Under the pieces are notes generated by a model. The model was given only the letters and a program-made list of their open reading frames with translations. It was not told the origin of the DNA and ran no database searches. Below, piece by piece: positions 41,320 through 55,213 of a stretch of 64,000 bases of DNA (its first letter is position 1; the number at the start of each line of letters is the position of its first letter). The position numbers and the translations under genes are program-made. The stretch is from Octopus vulgaris (Eukaryota), in the NCBI GenBank assembly GCA_951406725.2, contig OX597826.1, forward strand, positions 49,166,001 through 49,230,000. The letters run 5' to 3'.

Positions 41320-41755
41320 TAGGTGTAGGAGTGGCTGTGTGGTAAGTAGCTTGCTTACAAACCACATGGTTCCAGGTTCAGTCCCACTGTGTGGTACCTT
41401 GGGCAAGTGTCTTCTACTATAGCCTCGGGCAGACCAAAGGCTTGTGAGTGAATTTGGTAGCCGGAAACTGAAAGAAGCCCATCGTATATATGTATGTATG
41501 TGTATATGTTTGTGTGTCTGTGTTTGTCCCCCCCAACATGCTTGACACCCAATGCTTGTCTCCCCACCATTGCTCAACAACTGATGTCATTGTGTTTATG
41601 TCCCCATAACTTAGCGGTTTGGCAAAAGAGACTGATAGAATAAGTACTAGGCTTACAAAGAATAAGTCCTTGGGTTGATTTCTTTGACTTAAAAACTCTT
41701 TAGGGGGGTGCTCCAGCATGGCCGCAGTGAGATGACTGACACAAGTAAAAGAACA
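41320..41755 (+). mobile_element. SINE B, full-length, with a small internal duplication
   Basis: Complete family-B order; the TTGTC.CCCC..CAT..GCT segment occurs twice at about 41525-41580. Confidence 0.9.
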
Positions 41756-42905
41756 GAAGACTCTAATTATGTTTGTTCATATCTCTTTACACACACTCAC
41801 ATGCATGCTTGTGTGTCTATCTATATACATCTACATATCCGTATCCATATGAACACCTCTTCCTCTATAACCAACACCACTTCTCCTTTTATTTATACCC
41901 CACCCCCTTCAGCTCCTACCTAAACTTTTGCATATGGTATTATTGAACACAGCTTCCTACACACTCCCAGCCTGAAAAGTAACTATAAAGCCACCCCTAG
42001 TTACTAGACCCCACACACACACACATGCACCATTTAATCTTTGTTCTGGTCTTTGAATATAAGCCTTTCCAAAAAAAAAAAAAAAATAATAATAATAATA
42101 ATAATTTCATCTCCCTAAATGTTTATTCCTCGCAAACAAACCTCCAAATCTTTTTTTCCCTTCCCTCTTCTTTCTAATGGCTACTGCTCTCTACAAACCC
42201 TGACAAATTAAAATTAACCCAGATTTTATTTATTTTCTAATAGCCGAAAGAAATTTGCTTGTCCAATGAAATTTATTACACCCCAACATACCTGCCCAAA
42301 CCCACATGTGTCAACAAAAATATGTCAAAACACAGTCTGCAAATACAAATGCTGTCCCCCACCCCACCCCACTGACATTTTTAAAATTCACGCCACATAG
42401 TTTGCACTCCTTTGAGTCAAACCCATGCGCTATATATACACACACACACACACAATCTTCTGTTTTTTTGTATAATATCAGTCTGAAGATTCCCCACTTT
42501 GGAGATGAAACTGTAAGTCACAATGTGGTTTTGACCCATCTGATAACCTACAATAAATCTTTGTATTGAATACTCTCTTTCTTGGAGGTAGCACCCTAAA
42601 TACAGACACACGTATGTGAACACATATAGGTACGTTCAAAACCATAAGGACCCTGTACACCATTTTTTTGTAGCCTTGGGTCTATCTAGACCTGACCCAC
42701 GAAACTGGGTTGATGAAAAATGTGCAGAAGCCCATTAGGTGTATTGTACTTGTAATGCATAAAGGACAGACATGTCATATACTATATCACATTTGAATCT
42801 GAGAAAGTTAAGTTAAAGGCATGTGTTTATAGAATTCTCAACCAGTTATATGTTAATTAAAGAACAGGTAATTAATTAACTTGCTTAAACAGTCGAATGT
42901 TCATC

Positions 42906-42973
<68 letters not shown>

Positions 42974-43200
42974 ACATGTGTATGTGTGTGTGTATATATA
43001 TATATATACATATATATATATAGCATTTTATAATTAGTGATATCATTTAAATAACAATTAGAAATTTTTTACATCAATCAACATATTGGATAATACATAT
43101 GAAAATTATATAAATCCATATAGCATTAAACTTATCACTTCTTCAAACTAGTTACAGGGTAACTTGTACATAGATATGTATGTATCTTGATTGTACAATG

Positions 43201-43288
43201 GTGTCTGATGAAATGGTCTGGTTTTATATATAATATTGATATATAAACAGACAAATAAGTAACCAGTCTATGGAAACATTAGTAACAT
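43201..43288 (+). ncRNA. Degenerate type I hammerhead-ribozyme-like motif
   Basis: GTGT-CTGATGA-[ATGGTCTGGTT...AACCAGTCTAT stem II]-GAAA-C(ATTA)G-TA-ACAT. Confidence 0.4.
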
Positions 43289-43954
43289 AACTGAGCAACT
43301 GCCACTATTTATATTTATTTTATACATAGATATATATTTATGTGTGTAAATACATATGTGCATCCATACTTTAAAAAAAAGCATGCACCTGATAGAAAGA
43401 TAGATATAACCACTGGGAAACTAATGTGAGAGAAGTTTCACCTAATTAAAGCCGGTTTTGTCTGTGACAATCTGATTTTACCTGGCAGCTGAAATATGTA
43501 CCAGTAATTCCTTTGTTTTGTTCAGGATGTTTGTACATGGAGATGATTATTGAGTAAACATTCTTTAAAATAGATCTTTTGTCATATATCTTAGTTTCAG
43601 GTGGAGTTCATTGGCTCATGTCACACACACACACACATTCACCTTTTTGAGATGGGAATATACTTTTTACAGGTGTGTGTGTGTAGATATATAAGTACAC
43701 ATATCAAAATTTGTGTATATGTGTTTGTACATGTATTTATAACTTTGTAGTATAGTAGTAACATGTATAGATATATTTATGTATAGATACAAATATTTAT
43801 AGCTTAATATATGCATGTATGTATGTGTGTGTGTGTGGTTTATATTAACATGTATATATGTGTGTATATATATATATATATTTATACACATGCAAACCTA
43901 CATACATATATGTGTGTGTATACACATTATGAGAAAAATAATCTATATATATAT

Positions 43955-44203
43955 ATTTCTTTATTGCCCACGGGAGGAGGGTGGCTAAACAAAGAGGGGA
44001 TAAAAAGGTCAGACAAAGGGATTAAGTCAATTACATTGACCCCAGTGCATAATTGGTACTTATTTAATCGACCCCCCCACCAAAAAAAAAAGGATGAAAG
44101 GCAAAGTTGACCTTGGTGGAATTTGAACTCAGAACATAATGGCAGCCGAAATCCAGTAAGCATTTTGCCCGGCGTGCAAACGATTCTGCCAGCTCACCAC
44201 CTT
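43955..44203 (-). mobile_element. SINE A, full-length
   Basis: TATTTCTTTATTGCCCAC...GATGAAAGGCAAAGTTGACC...GAATTTGAACTCAG...CTGCCAGCTCACCACCTT. Confidence 0.9.
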
Positions 44204-44574
44204 TTATATATGGATGTATTGTGAGAAAAGAAACATATTCTAAAGCATGAGAGCAGAAATATATTTCTTAGGAAGTTGAAAGTAATGGCCAGTCTTAGAG
44301 TGACCATAACTTTTAACATCCTTAAAAAATATATATTGTACATATGCACACATATATAGCTTTTTTATATGTTGGTATACATGTATATGTATAGAAACAT
44401 CTAAAAAGCATAAAAGATACACATATTATTATATACATACATACCTATCAATTTAGTAGTTGAACTTTCTAATATATTTTAATTCAATCTACAAACAAAC
44501 ATCTTTTATCTCGACTGGTCATCCCTATTATCTGCAAACCACCATGCAAAGTCCTGTCAATATACATACATTTT

Positions 44575-44787
44575 TGTATCCTTATATTTGTTTCAGTCGT
44601 TTGACTGTGGCCGTGCTGGAGCACTGCCTTCAGTTGAACGAATCGAACACAGGACTTATTCTGTGCAAGCCTAGTACTTATTCTGTCGGTCTCTTTTGCC
44701 GAACCACTAAGTTTCAGGGGATACAAGCACACCATCAGCTTCAGTTGTCAAGTGATGGTGGGGAGACAAATACAGACACACTCATAA

Positions 44788-44838
<51 letters not shown>

Positions 44839-44999
44839 AGGCTTCTTTCAGTTTCCATCAACCAAATCTATTCACAAGCCTTAGATCAGCCTGAGGCTAT
44901 AGTAGAAGACACTTGTCCAAAGTATAATGCAGTAGAACTGAATCTGAGACCATGTGGTTGGGAAGCAAGCTTCTTACCACATAGCCATTCCTGCACCTA
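44575..44999 (-). mobile_element. SINE B, full-length
   Basis: Reverse complement of family B with internal (TA)n. Confidence 0.85.
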
Positions 45000-45404
45000 T
45001 GTGTATATATATATATTTCGTTCTCTCTGTATACATCAACAAGGTGTGTTGAATGGACTGGTCAACCGGCTGAACTGTACCCAGTCATGCTGAATGAAAC
45101 GTGTTAACTGTATATATAGAATGGTAACTTAATTTGTGATGGAGCAAACTATCATTTGGGGGTGAGGGCCATATCTAACAGCAAATATCACTGACCAAGT
45201 CCATAGGGGCAAAACCAAAAATATAAACACATATATCTATGCAGACATGTGTGTGTGTATGTAATGTTTTTATGCCACATTGCATATAGAAACAATTTAT
45301 TATTAAACTGAAGGATTATTCAATCTTTATTTAGTGGAGTAAATGTTTAATAAACTTTTTCAAATAAATGGTTGACAGTAACTTCGAAGTTACAGTTTTC
45401 TTAC

Positions 45405-45463
45405 CTTCATCTGACAATCTGATGAAGTTTAGCAAGCCAAAACTCCAAAGTCATATAGATGAA
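45405..45463 (+). ncRNA. Decayed type I hammerhead-ribozyme-like motif (GAAA changed to AAAA)
   Basis: TTCATCT..AT-CTGATGA-AGTTT(AGC)AAGCC-AAAA-CT(CCAA)AG-TC-AT..AGATGAA. Confidence 0.45.
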
Positions 45464-45780
45464 AGCGTGCATGCATGTATATGTACACACACACCTTTGC
45501 CTATATATTTCTGGTGACAAATGAAGAAAAAAATTTGTTTTTTATGGAAATAAATAAGCATCTATATATATGTATATGTATGTGTACATGTATGCATTAT
45601 AAAATATATATTAGAGATAAAACCACTATTATGCAACTCAAACAGTGATAAACATAAACCAAAACATAAATAACAAATAATATATATTTTTATACAACAT
45701 ACAACTAGATCTCAAAAAGTATAAAAATGAATTATTAATATATAATAAGTAAAAAACATATGTATGTATTATATATATGT

Positions 45781-45897
45781 GGGAGGGGCTTCCTTGCCCG
45801 GATTGGCCTCACCAGCCACCTCCGGTCTCATGGCGCCAGTTCCATCAGATGATGTCAGTTGGTCATCTTCGAACCGAAGGACGAACATTATTATTAT
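45781..45897 (+). mobile_element. Short GC-rich retroposed insert with (ATT)n tail and probable TSD
   Basis: Abrupt GC-rich block with terminal stem-loop CTTCG-AAC-CGAAG and an (ATT)n tail. TATATATGT lies on both sides (45772-45780 and 45898-45906). Confidence 0.55.
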
Positions 45898-46919
45898 TAT
45901 ATATGTATATACCCAGCCAGTTGTTGTGGACGTCTTGTTTGCAAAAATGAAATTGTTGCAATTGGTAATGTCTTATATATATATGTGTGTATATGCATGT
46001 GGGTGTATATCTCTTTGTATGTGTATGCATGTGTGATATGATATGGTTATGTATTATATCTAATATCTTACAAATAACCTAAGCCTCACATTAAGTATTT
46101 CCTTTCAAAAACACTCCCTACATATATTTATGTGTATATTTCTATATTTGTGCAAGTATGAATGTGTGTGTCTTATATATGTTTGTGTGTGTTTGTGTCT
46201 GCTTACATATGTGTGAGTTCACACAGATATGTGTCTATGTATGTTTATGTGTTTATGCGTCATATGTGTGTGTGTGCATGCACGCATGTATAAACTGTCG
46301 CAAACTTTATGACAAAGTTTTCCTTTAAAAAGGAATCACATTTGTAGACGACTGTGTCTATAAGTCTGTATGTATATATATATATGTGTGTGTGTTGTGT
46401 GTGTGTGTGTGTGTACTCATATATACATACATGAGTATATGTGTAATAAAGTCTGATGACATGTCTACACAAATTTAGTGATACATCCTTGTTGCAGTCT
46501 TTTTTAACCCTAGGTCTGACCTGGTCCGGCAGACTCATGATCAAAGACATTGAAAACATTTCCCTCTGTTCAAAGACCACTGAACCACAGAATTCTACCT
46601 GACCATTTCTAAACACTAGGGTGATTTTGAGGTAGATTTGACTATTATTTCTAGCTCTATGTATGGGTGAGGGTTGAACTAAACATAATTGAACAGTTTA
46701 AAATATAACTCTAATTTCAGAAATTCAATAAATATTCGTTAACTTTCATTCGTTAAATGGGCGCTGATTTCTGACTCAGACACACAGACACAGAGATTCT
46801 TGCTACACCAGTGATGCTTGCTCTGCATGTGTGCACACACACATGCACAGCAATGCTGCTTGTATGTATATATATATATATATATAAATATACACACACA
46901 TATACATATAGATATATGA

Positions 46920-46971
<52 letters not shown>

Positions 46972-47028
46972 GTGTGTGTATACATATATATATGTATGTA
47001 TATATATTGCTTAGTATTACTTAAATAG

Positions 47029-47068
<40 letters not shown>

Positions 47069-47134
47069 CATGTGGTAGCATTTCTGCCTAAATGTAGGCA
47101 CAAGCCCATTCACATGTATACATATATATATATA

Positions 47135-47184
<50 letters not shown>

Positions 47185-47447
47185 CACAAATACACGCATA
47201 TACACGCACAAACACATGTTCCCCCAACACACACACACATACACATCACATCTGTCAATACTTAACTCCAAGCAGTCCATTTAATACACATAGACGTGCT
47301 CACGCACATACATATACCCACAGATACACACTGAAACATTTCTATATCATTTATATTTAATACATATGTAAACATTTACATCATATATATATATATATAT
47401 ATGTATGTATATGTATGTATATATATATGTGTGTATATATATATATG

Positions 47448-47563
<116 letters not shown>

Positions 47564-48617
47564 TATTTTTAATATTTTCGATTTTACAATTCATTGACCA
47601 TGTACATTTAATCTTCAGCCTTTTATGTTTTAGAATGGATTTACAATTTCAGGCGATCTCATAAGGATATATATTTATATATTTATATATTTTCATATAT
47701 ATTTTTTGTATTTATATATTATGTATTTTATATGATGAACTGTGTCTTTCAAAAAATATTTTGAGGTAAATAATCTGTTTTTCGGTTGTCAATATCTCGA
47801 AAGTTGCCTTTCCATTGAAACCTACAATACTCTCTCTCTCTATATATATATATAAGAGAGAGAGAGAGATATGTATATATGTATATACATATAATTATGT
47901 GTACATATATGTGTGTGTGTGTACTTATATATACTGTATATGTATTTACAAATGGTGTATATGTATATATGTTTATACATTTCCACTCAGTTATAAGTAT
48001 CCAAACATCTTGTTATACACACTATTATCAATCACTTTTTATTTGGCTTTAAATTGTCATACTTTGCCATACATTGTATTATTACATAGTGGGAACGAAA
48101 GGCTTTATGCCTCGCCCTCCTAGAATCCTGAACAAAAACAGATGCTATCTTTCATGTGAATGTTTGTGCTCTATACTGCTAATTATCTATGTGTATATAT
48201 GTATTTGTATACATATATATATATATATATATGTTAAAAGAAACTCTACTTAGTACTGTAGAAGAGATTTATAATATTTATATTTTGGTCATTCTTTTGC
48301 TACTTTACCTGTGCTACCACAGGACCAGTTGGCCAGTTATGAGCCTGAGAACGAATGCACAGGCAAAAAACTCCATTGTAGCAAACCTATCCAAACGTTT
48401 GTGTGTGTGTAGGAATAATAGAATGAAATCTGAACAGACAGTCGCATTGTCCTATTGTATGCATACCGTCTCAACCACGACATTGCCAATGGCCAAGTAT
48501 TATTCATGCAAATCCTGCATCCCTGTTCTTAACGAGAGACTCTGGGTACTTTGTTTGATCTCGGCACTCATTGTATCTACCTATTATTTATATATCCTTT
48601 GACACCTTCTTACATAT

Positions 48618-48654
<37 letters not shown>

Positions 48655-50141
48655 AAAGAAATAACAGAGTTAAACTTTATGCTTTAATATTACAAAATAG
48701 AGAAAAACCATATATATGAAATGAATATATAGCTAGACATACATACATATATACATACATACATACACATATATTTATATATATATATATATACATACAT
48801 ACATACATACATACACATATATTTATATATATATATACATACATACATACATACATACACATATATTTATATATATACATACATACACATATATTTATAT
48901 ATATATAAATTATATATATACATACATACATACATACATGCATAAGAATTGTGTATGTATGTTTGTATGTGAGTGTGTATAGATATAGATATATACAGAC
49001 ATGCATGCATATACAGCAAAGAAAAGAAAAAAAAAGAAATAGAAGGGGAAGAAAGTAGAGACCTTGTGCTAGTCTCTTTCCCACCACCACCCTCTTCCCT
49101 TCATCTCTCCTCTCTCTCTTTTTCTTTCTCTCCTCCTCATTGTTCCTGGCTCCACCTTATTCATATCTGCACCAAAATGACCTCTTCCTCTGCTATTTTC
49201 TCAGACTTTTATCCACCCCACCATCACCACCACCACCACCATCAACGACAAAGCTGCTTTGCTTACCAGTTCCAGAAAGCTTTTGGCACTTCTGCAGAGT
49301 GTTTAGGGGTGGCTGGCAGGGTAGCTCGGTAGCTGGGTTAGCTGGCAGGGTGGATGGTTGGTTTGGTGCGGTGAGAGGGTGTGGTCGGGTGGGTGTGGAT
49401 GTGTGTGTGGGTATGTGTGGTAGGGGTGGGGGAGTATATAAGAAGGCATGCATGTGTGATGTTCTCTATGCAAAATAGTTTCGCACAACCCCACCACCAT
49501 CACCACCATCCTACACCTCACTCCCTTCCACCATCACCACCTCTCCATTTCGGTAACCTCTGTTATTGCTGCCATTGGAACTGTAGTATATATAATTCTT
49601 TATTTTCTTCTTAGTTTTGTGTTTGTTTGTTTGTATGCCTGTTTTTGTTGTGGTGGTAGGTTTCATTTCTCTCTCCACACACACCCACCGCTTCTTCTTG
49701 CAATCTTCTGCTGCCTGTTGTCTGTGGAAACGGCGACACTAGTACATAAGCATCTTACCAAAATTCTAGCAGACACTGATACTTGTTCTTGTAGAGAAGA
49801 CTACTGCTGCTGCTATTTGGAAGATCCAGTTCCAACTTCAACGATGTAACAGACTCAAGAAGAAGGAAAAAGAAACTACAACATGGCAATTAGAGGTGCT
49901 AATTTGGAAGAACAAACAGATATCAAATAATAAAAAAATACAGCTCTGTCATTTATTCATCTAGTTTGCTAGAATTTTGTAGTTGTTGATGATGTTATAG
50001 CTGTCTTCCTTCCTGCTTTGGTTGTTATCGTTGTTTGTTTCCAAATCAACCCTGATAGGGCAAACCTATGTTGAAACAGTGACCATGCTATCTTCTATTT
50101 CCCACAATAGTAATAATAATAAGGATAATAATAATAATAAG

Positions 50142-50471
50142 GGTTTCAAATTTTGCCACAAGGGCAGCCATTTGGAGGAGGGGATGAGACAATTACATCA
50201 GCCCCAGAGTGTCACTGATATCTAATCTATTGACCCCAAAAGAATGAAAGGCAAAGTTGACCTTAGCAGAATTTGAACTCAGAATGTAGCGACAGGCGAA
50301 ATACCACTAAACATTTCAGCTAGCATGCTAACAATTTTGCCACCTTGCTGTCTTAATAATAATAATAATAATAATGATGATGATGATGATTTCTTTATTG
50401 ACCACAAAGGATTTACATTAAGGGAAAACATATTGGTTGGCACAGGACAAAACAAAGAAAGCGTGTGTGTT

Positions 50472-50503
<32 letters not shown>

Positions 50504-51838
50504 AGAGAGAGAGAGAGTGTTGTTGTGAGGGTTTTGCATGTAAATAGGTTTCACATAATGAAAAAAAAGGACAATTTTAACAATGTATAATCTTCAATAA
50601 TAACAATTGAATAATTCATCCCTCGAAACATGGAGTTTTGTTCACCATCCTTAAACAACCTTTATTCAGGGACCTTTTGAGCAAGACGGGATACTGAGTC
50701 TGAAGAAAGTTCTGACTGGGCCCCATCTGGTCGTGTGCTGTTTATCTTGATATGAGGGTCACCATTTCATGCATATATGCTTGTGACACGTTTTCCTAGT
50801 GTGCCCTTATCAGATGAGTAGTCATTCATGATGGGTGTGTTGGACTTTGTATATCTGTACCTCAGCATCACTTTGATGGTATGTTTTGCTCTGTCACTCA
50901 ATAATAATAATAATAATATTAATAATAATAATAATAAAATAATAATAATAATAATAACCCTTTCTATTATTGGCTCAAGGCCTGAAATTTGATTGGAAGG
51001 GAATAGTTGATTATGTTGACTACCCAGTGTGCAACTGGTACTTATGATGGATGAAAGGAATAGTCGACCTTAATAATAATAATAATAATCTCAAACATAG
51101 GCATTAAGTCGCAAATTTTAAGAGGGTTCAAAATGTAGCCGATTAAGGGCAGCCCCAACCAGCAGCGCTGGCCTTGTACTCGTACAGTTTATTGACACTG
51201 TCAGGACGGGAGGTAAAGTCAACCCACAGTTGAATTTCAGATTCTGAAAAGTGAAGGGAGCACAACTAAATACTGCAAATGATTTAGCAGAACAGTGCAG
51301 TTTCTACCCATCACCCACCACCACCACTAATAATAATAATAATAATAATAATATGTTAATTATACATATGAGAATTACTCATCGTCTTTTATCAGCTCCG
51401 TTTCTCTCATACTTTCTTCTGCCGGGGTAATTTTACAAGAAGATAAGGGAATAGTCGAATGCATTATGGGATGTAGTAGGATGTATGTGTGTGTGTGTGT
51501 TTTAGTTAAATACTGGTGTAACACTAAACCTAGTGCTGAATATAAGTGGAGTGGAAGAACTACGACTACTACAACTACTGCTGCTGCTATTACTACTACT
51601 ACTACTACCACTACTAATAGTAATGATTTTAACTTTTGGTACAAGGCCAGCAATTTAGGGGAAGAGATAAGTCAATTGCATCAACCCCCAGTACTCAACT
51701 GGTACTTACTTTATTGACCCCCGAAAGGGATGAAAGGCAAGGTTGACCTTGGCGGAACTTGAACTCAGATCGTAAAGACCGATGAAATGCAGTTAAGCAT
51801 TTTGCCCGGTGTGCTAATGATTCTGCCAACTCGCCACC
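50142..51838 (-). mobile_element. Cluster of SINE A copies (about 50142-50350, 50958-51072, 51090-51320, 51630-51838) in (AAT)n-rich DNA
   Basis: Family-A reverse-complement motifs, each bordered by (AAT)n or (ACT)n. Confidence 0.75.
50607..50899 (+). mobile_element. Element D, older 5'-truncated copy with (AAT)n tail
   Basis: Aligns to 3665-3931 (CATCCTTAAACAACC.TTATTCAGGGACCTTTTGAGC...CTGGGCCCCA...TCACTCAATAAT). Confidence 0.8.
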
Positions 51839-52278
51839 GAATAATAATAATAATAATAATATTAAAGTTTTTTATTTTAAATAATTGGTAAATATTTCTA
51901 TTCTGTTGCATCAGTTCATTTCTAACTAAACTTCAGCTCACACACATACATATATACAATAGGCTTCTTCCAGTTTCCGTCAACCCACTTTCCTCTCAGA
52001 TCTTTGGTCGGCCCCAAGGCTATATACAGTAGAAGCTACTCACCCGAGGTGCCATGTAGTGAGATCGAACTCAAAGCCACATAGTCGGAGAGTAAGCTTT
52101 TCTACCACACAACCACACCTCTACCAACAATAAATAAAATATTCACCTATTGTATATATTTATATACATTTTTGTTTGTATAAAACCAATTTATTCTTTT
52201 TTAAAATTCAGTTCCTATTGATAATCAATGTTTTCAGAAATAATAGCTTATCCTTGTTATACACACACAAATACTCAC

Positions 52279-52350
<72 letters not shown>

Positions 52351-52802
52351 GCTTATATGTCTATTCTTATTGTTAATTAGACGTATGTTTTTGCTGGGCA
52401 AATAAATAACTGACAATAAACTCTCTTGATTGGTTCCATAATTGACACCTACCAATTATCAAAAACTGGTGTTGTCTCTTTCATCATTAAACGAAATTAA
52501 TTAAAACGCATGATGTTGACTTTTGATATTGTTCTTATACACACACGTACACACACACATACACATATACACATGCACACACATATATAGACGTGTGTGT
52601 ATGTATATATATATATACATGGACTTTTTCATCTTGTGAATTTAAATATTGGCCTGTTTTTTTTTGGTATTTGTTTGTTAGCTTTGTTTTCATTAAAAAA
52701 AAAAGATAAAAGTTATGAAACTTATACAGACATTTCCTCATACAAACATTTGTGTGTGTGTGTGTGTTCATGCACTCTTATGAATACAGATGAGCATGTA
52801 TA

Positions 52803-52861
<59 letters not shown>

Positions 52862-53015
52862 ATATGTGCATAAGTATATATATATGTATGTATGTATATA
52901 TATGTGTGTGTATATGTGCATAAGTATATATATATGTGTGTGCATGTGTATATGAAATATATAAAACCCATGTCAGTATACACACATAGCTATGTGTGTA
53001 TATATGTTTGCATAC

Positions 53016-53062
<47 letters not shown>

Positions 53063-53354
53063 TAAGTATGCATAGGAGTTCACACACACACTCTCTCTCT
53101 CTCTTTCTCTCTCTCTCTCCCACTAGCAAACACACACATGCTCATATTCAAACTTAGAACTAATCACACATACATGCATACAACACACAGGTGCTTACAA
53201 TTAGCAGGTGTTCATTTGAGTGATGCTTAGTCATAAATCATGTATCATCAACTGATTGATCACACTACATCAAGTTACAAATGCAACTTAAGTACGAGTC
53301 ATTTGGAACTACCCCCAAGATATCACTGGTATTTACTTAATACTGTTTTGAATT

Positions 53355-53548
53355 CATTCTTTTGTACTTTTACTTGTTTCAGTCATTTAACTGTGGTCAT
53401 ACTGGAGCACTGCCTTGAAGAGTTTTAGTCAAACATATCAACCCCGGGACTTATCCTTTTTAAAACCTAGTACTTATTCTTTGGGTCTCTCTTTTGCCAA
53501 ACCACGGGACAAAAACAGACACAGAGACTCATACACATAATTATACAT

Positions 53549-53601
<53 letters not shown>

Positions 53602-54083
53602 TATAGATATATATGTATGTGGAGGTGCTATGGCCCAGTTGTTAGCGCAGCGGACTCACAGTTGGAGGATCACGGTTTCGATCCCCAGACCAGGCGTTGT
53701 GTGTGCTTATTGAGCAAAAACGCTTAAAAGCTTCACGAGGCTCTGGCAGGAGGTGGGGGGTGGCGACCCCTGATGTACTCTTTCGCCACAACTTTCTCTC
53801 GCTCTCTCTTCCTGTTTCTTGAGTAACGCTGCGATGGACTGGTGTCCCATTCAGCTGGGGGGAACACACACTACAGAAACCGGGAAACCGGGCCCATGAG
53901 CTTGGCTAGGCTTGAAAAGGGCGACATTTATCATTATATATATATATACGGCAATCTTCTTTCAGTTTCCATCTACTAAATGCATTCACAAGGCTTTGGT
54001 CGGCCCAGTGCTATAGTAGAAGACACTTGCCCAAGGTGTTACGCAGTGGGACTGAACCCGGAACCATGTGGTTTGGAAGCAAG
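53355..54083 (-). mobile_element. SINE B split by a nested SINE E
   Basis: The 3' half lies at 53355-53525 and the 5' half at 53945-54083. Confidence 0.85.
53621..53925 (+). mobile_element. SINE family E (tRNA head), full-length
   Basis: A box TGGCCCAGTTG, B box GTTTCGATCC, body CTGCGATGGACTGGTGTCCC. Second copy at 55975-56200. Confidence 0.85.
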
Positions 54084-54156
54084 CTATATTTTGGTATATG
54101 TAGCCTTACTAAAACTTCGGTAAATAACTCACTCTCTCTCTAAAACTTCGGTAAAT

Positions 54157-54199
<43 letters not shown>

Positions 54200-55178
54200 A
54201 CACACACACTTTCTCTGTATTGCAATAAGAATTTGGGGCTGGGGCCACAGCAGAATGGGGAAGCACAATTCTGTTTTGTATCTCACAAGAGACTGAAGAA
54301 CTGGAAAGAGTTAGAACTCAATGAAAGAGAGGAACAAACTGAGAAAGTGAAAGAGAATTGGAGAGAGAGAATGACCAAGGGAGACAGAGAGAAGGATGGG
54401 GGGGCTGAAGTAGGAATTAAGAGGGGAGGGTCTTTTATACCTAACATAGCATAAAACAACAGCTGGTATGGTTTATAGGGCATTGATGTGTTCATAATGG
54501 AACTGTTGTTATTGTTGTTGTACTTGTTAGATTTACTATTAATAGTCTTTTATCTTCATTATCATCATCATCACCATCATCATTATCATCATCATCAAAG
54601 TCATTATCATTAGTGTCCTTTTTATAGTGTAGTTTATGGTTCTAAACCGTTCTTATTGTAAGCTGTTGTTGTTGTTGTTATTGTTGTGATTGTGGTTGAT
54701 GTTGTTGTTGTTTGTGGTGGTGGTGCTATCTACTGTTGTTGTCACTTTTCTCCAGGCTAAATTGCCAATAAATAACCAAATAACAGCCAAGAATAATGAT
54801 GATGATGATGATGATGACGCTGACGACGATGAAGATGATGGTGGTAGTGATGAGGATGAAGATGGTGATAACAATGATGATGCTGATGATGGTAGTGGTG
54901 GTGATGGTGGGCGACTAATGATAATGGGGGTGGCGGTGATGACGGTAACAATGCTGATGACAGTGCTGGTGGCGATGACGACAATTATGATGATGATGAT
55001 GATGATGATAACAAGGTGCATTAAGGATAATTTTTTTTAATTTATCAAACAGTTTATAACTCCGAGAGCTTTATCAGTGACCCACAGATTCCAGTCAGTT
55101 TTCTCACTCAGCTGTACAGTGCATTTCCACCACCCTCTACTCCACCATCCCATCACACACACACACACACACACACAC

Positions 55179-55213
<35 letters not shown>

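Noticed and set aside
41944-41954. TGAACACAGCT (miR-317-like start)
   Set aside because: The remainder diverges and there is no hairpin.
48290-48600. ORF 48189-48602 with a non-repetitive C-terminal part
   Set aside because: It starts in a microsatellite and has no recognisable motif. At most it is a decayed LINE fragment that I cannot support.
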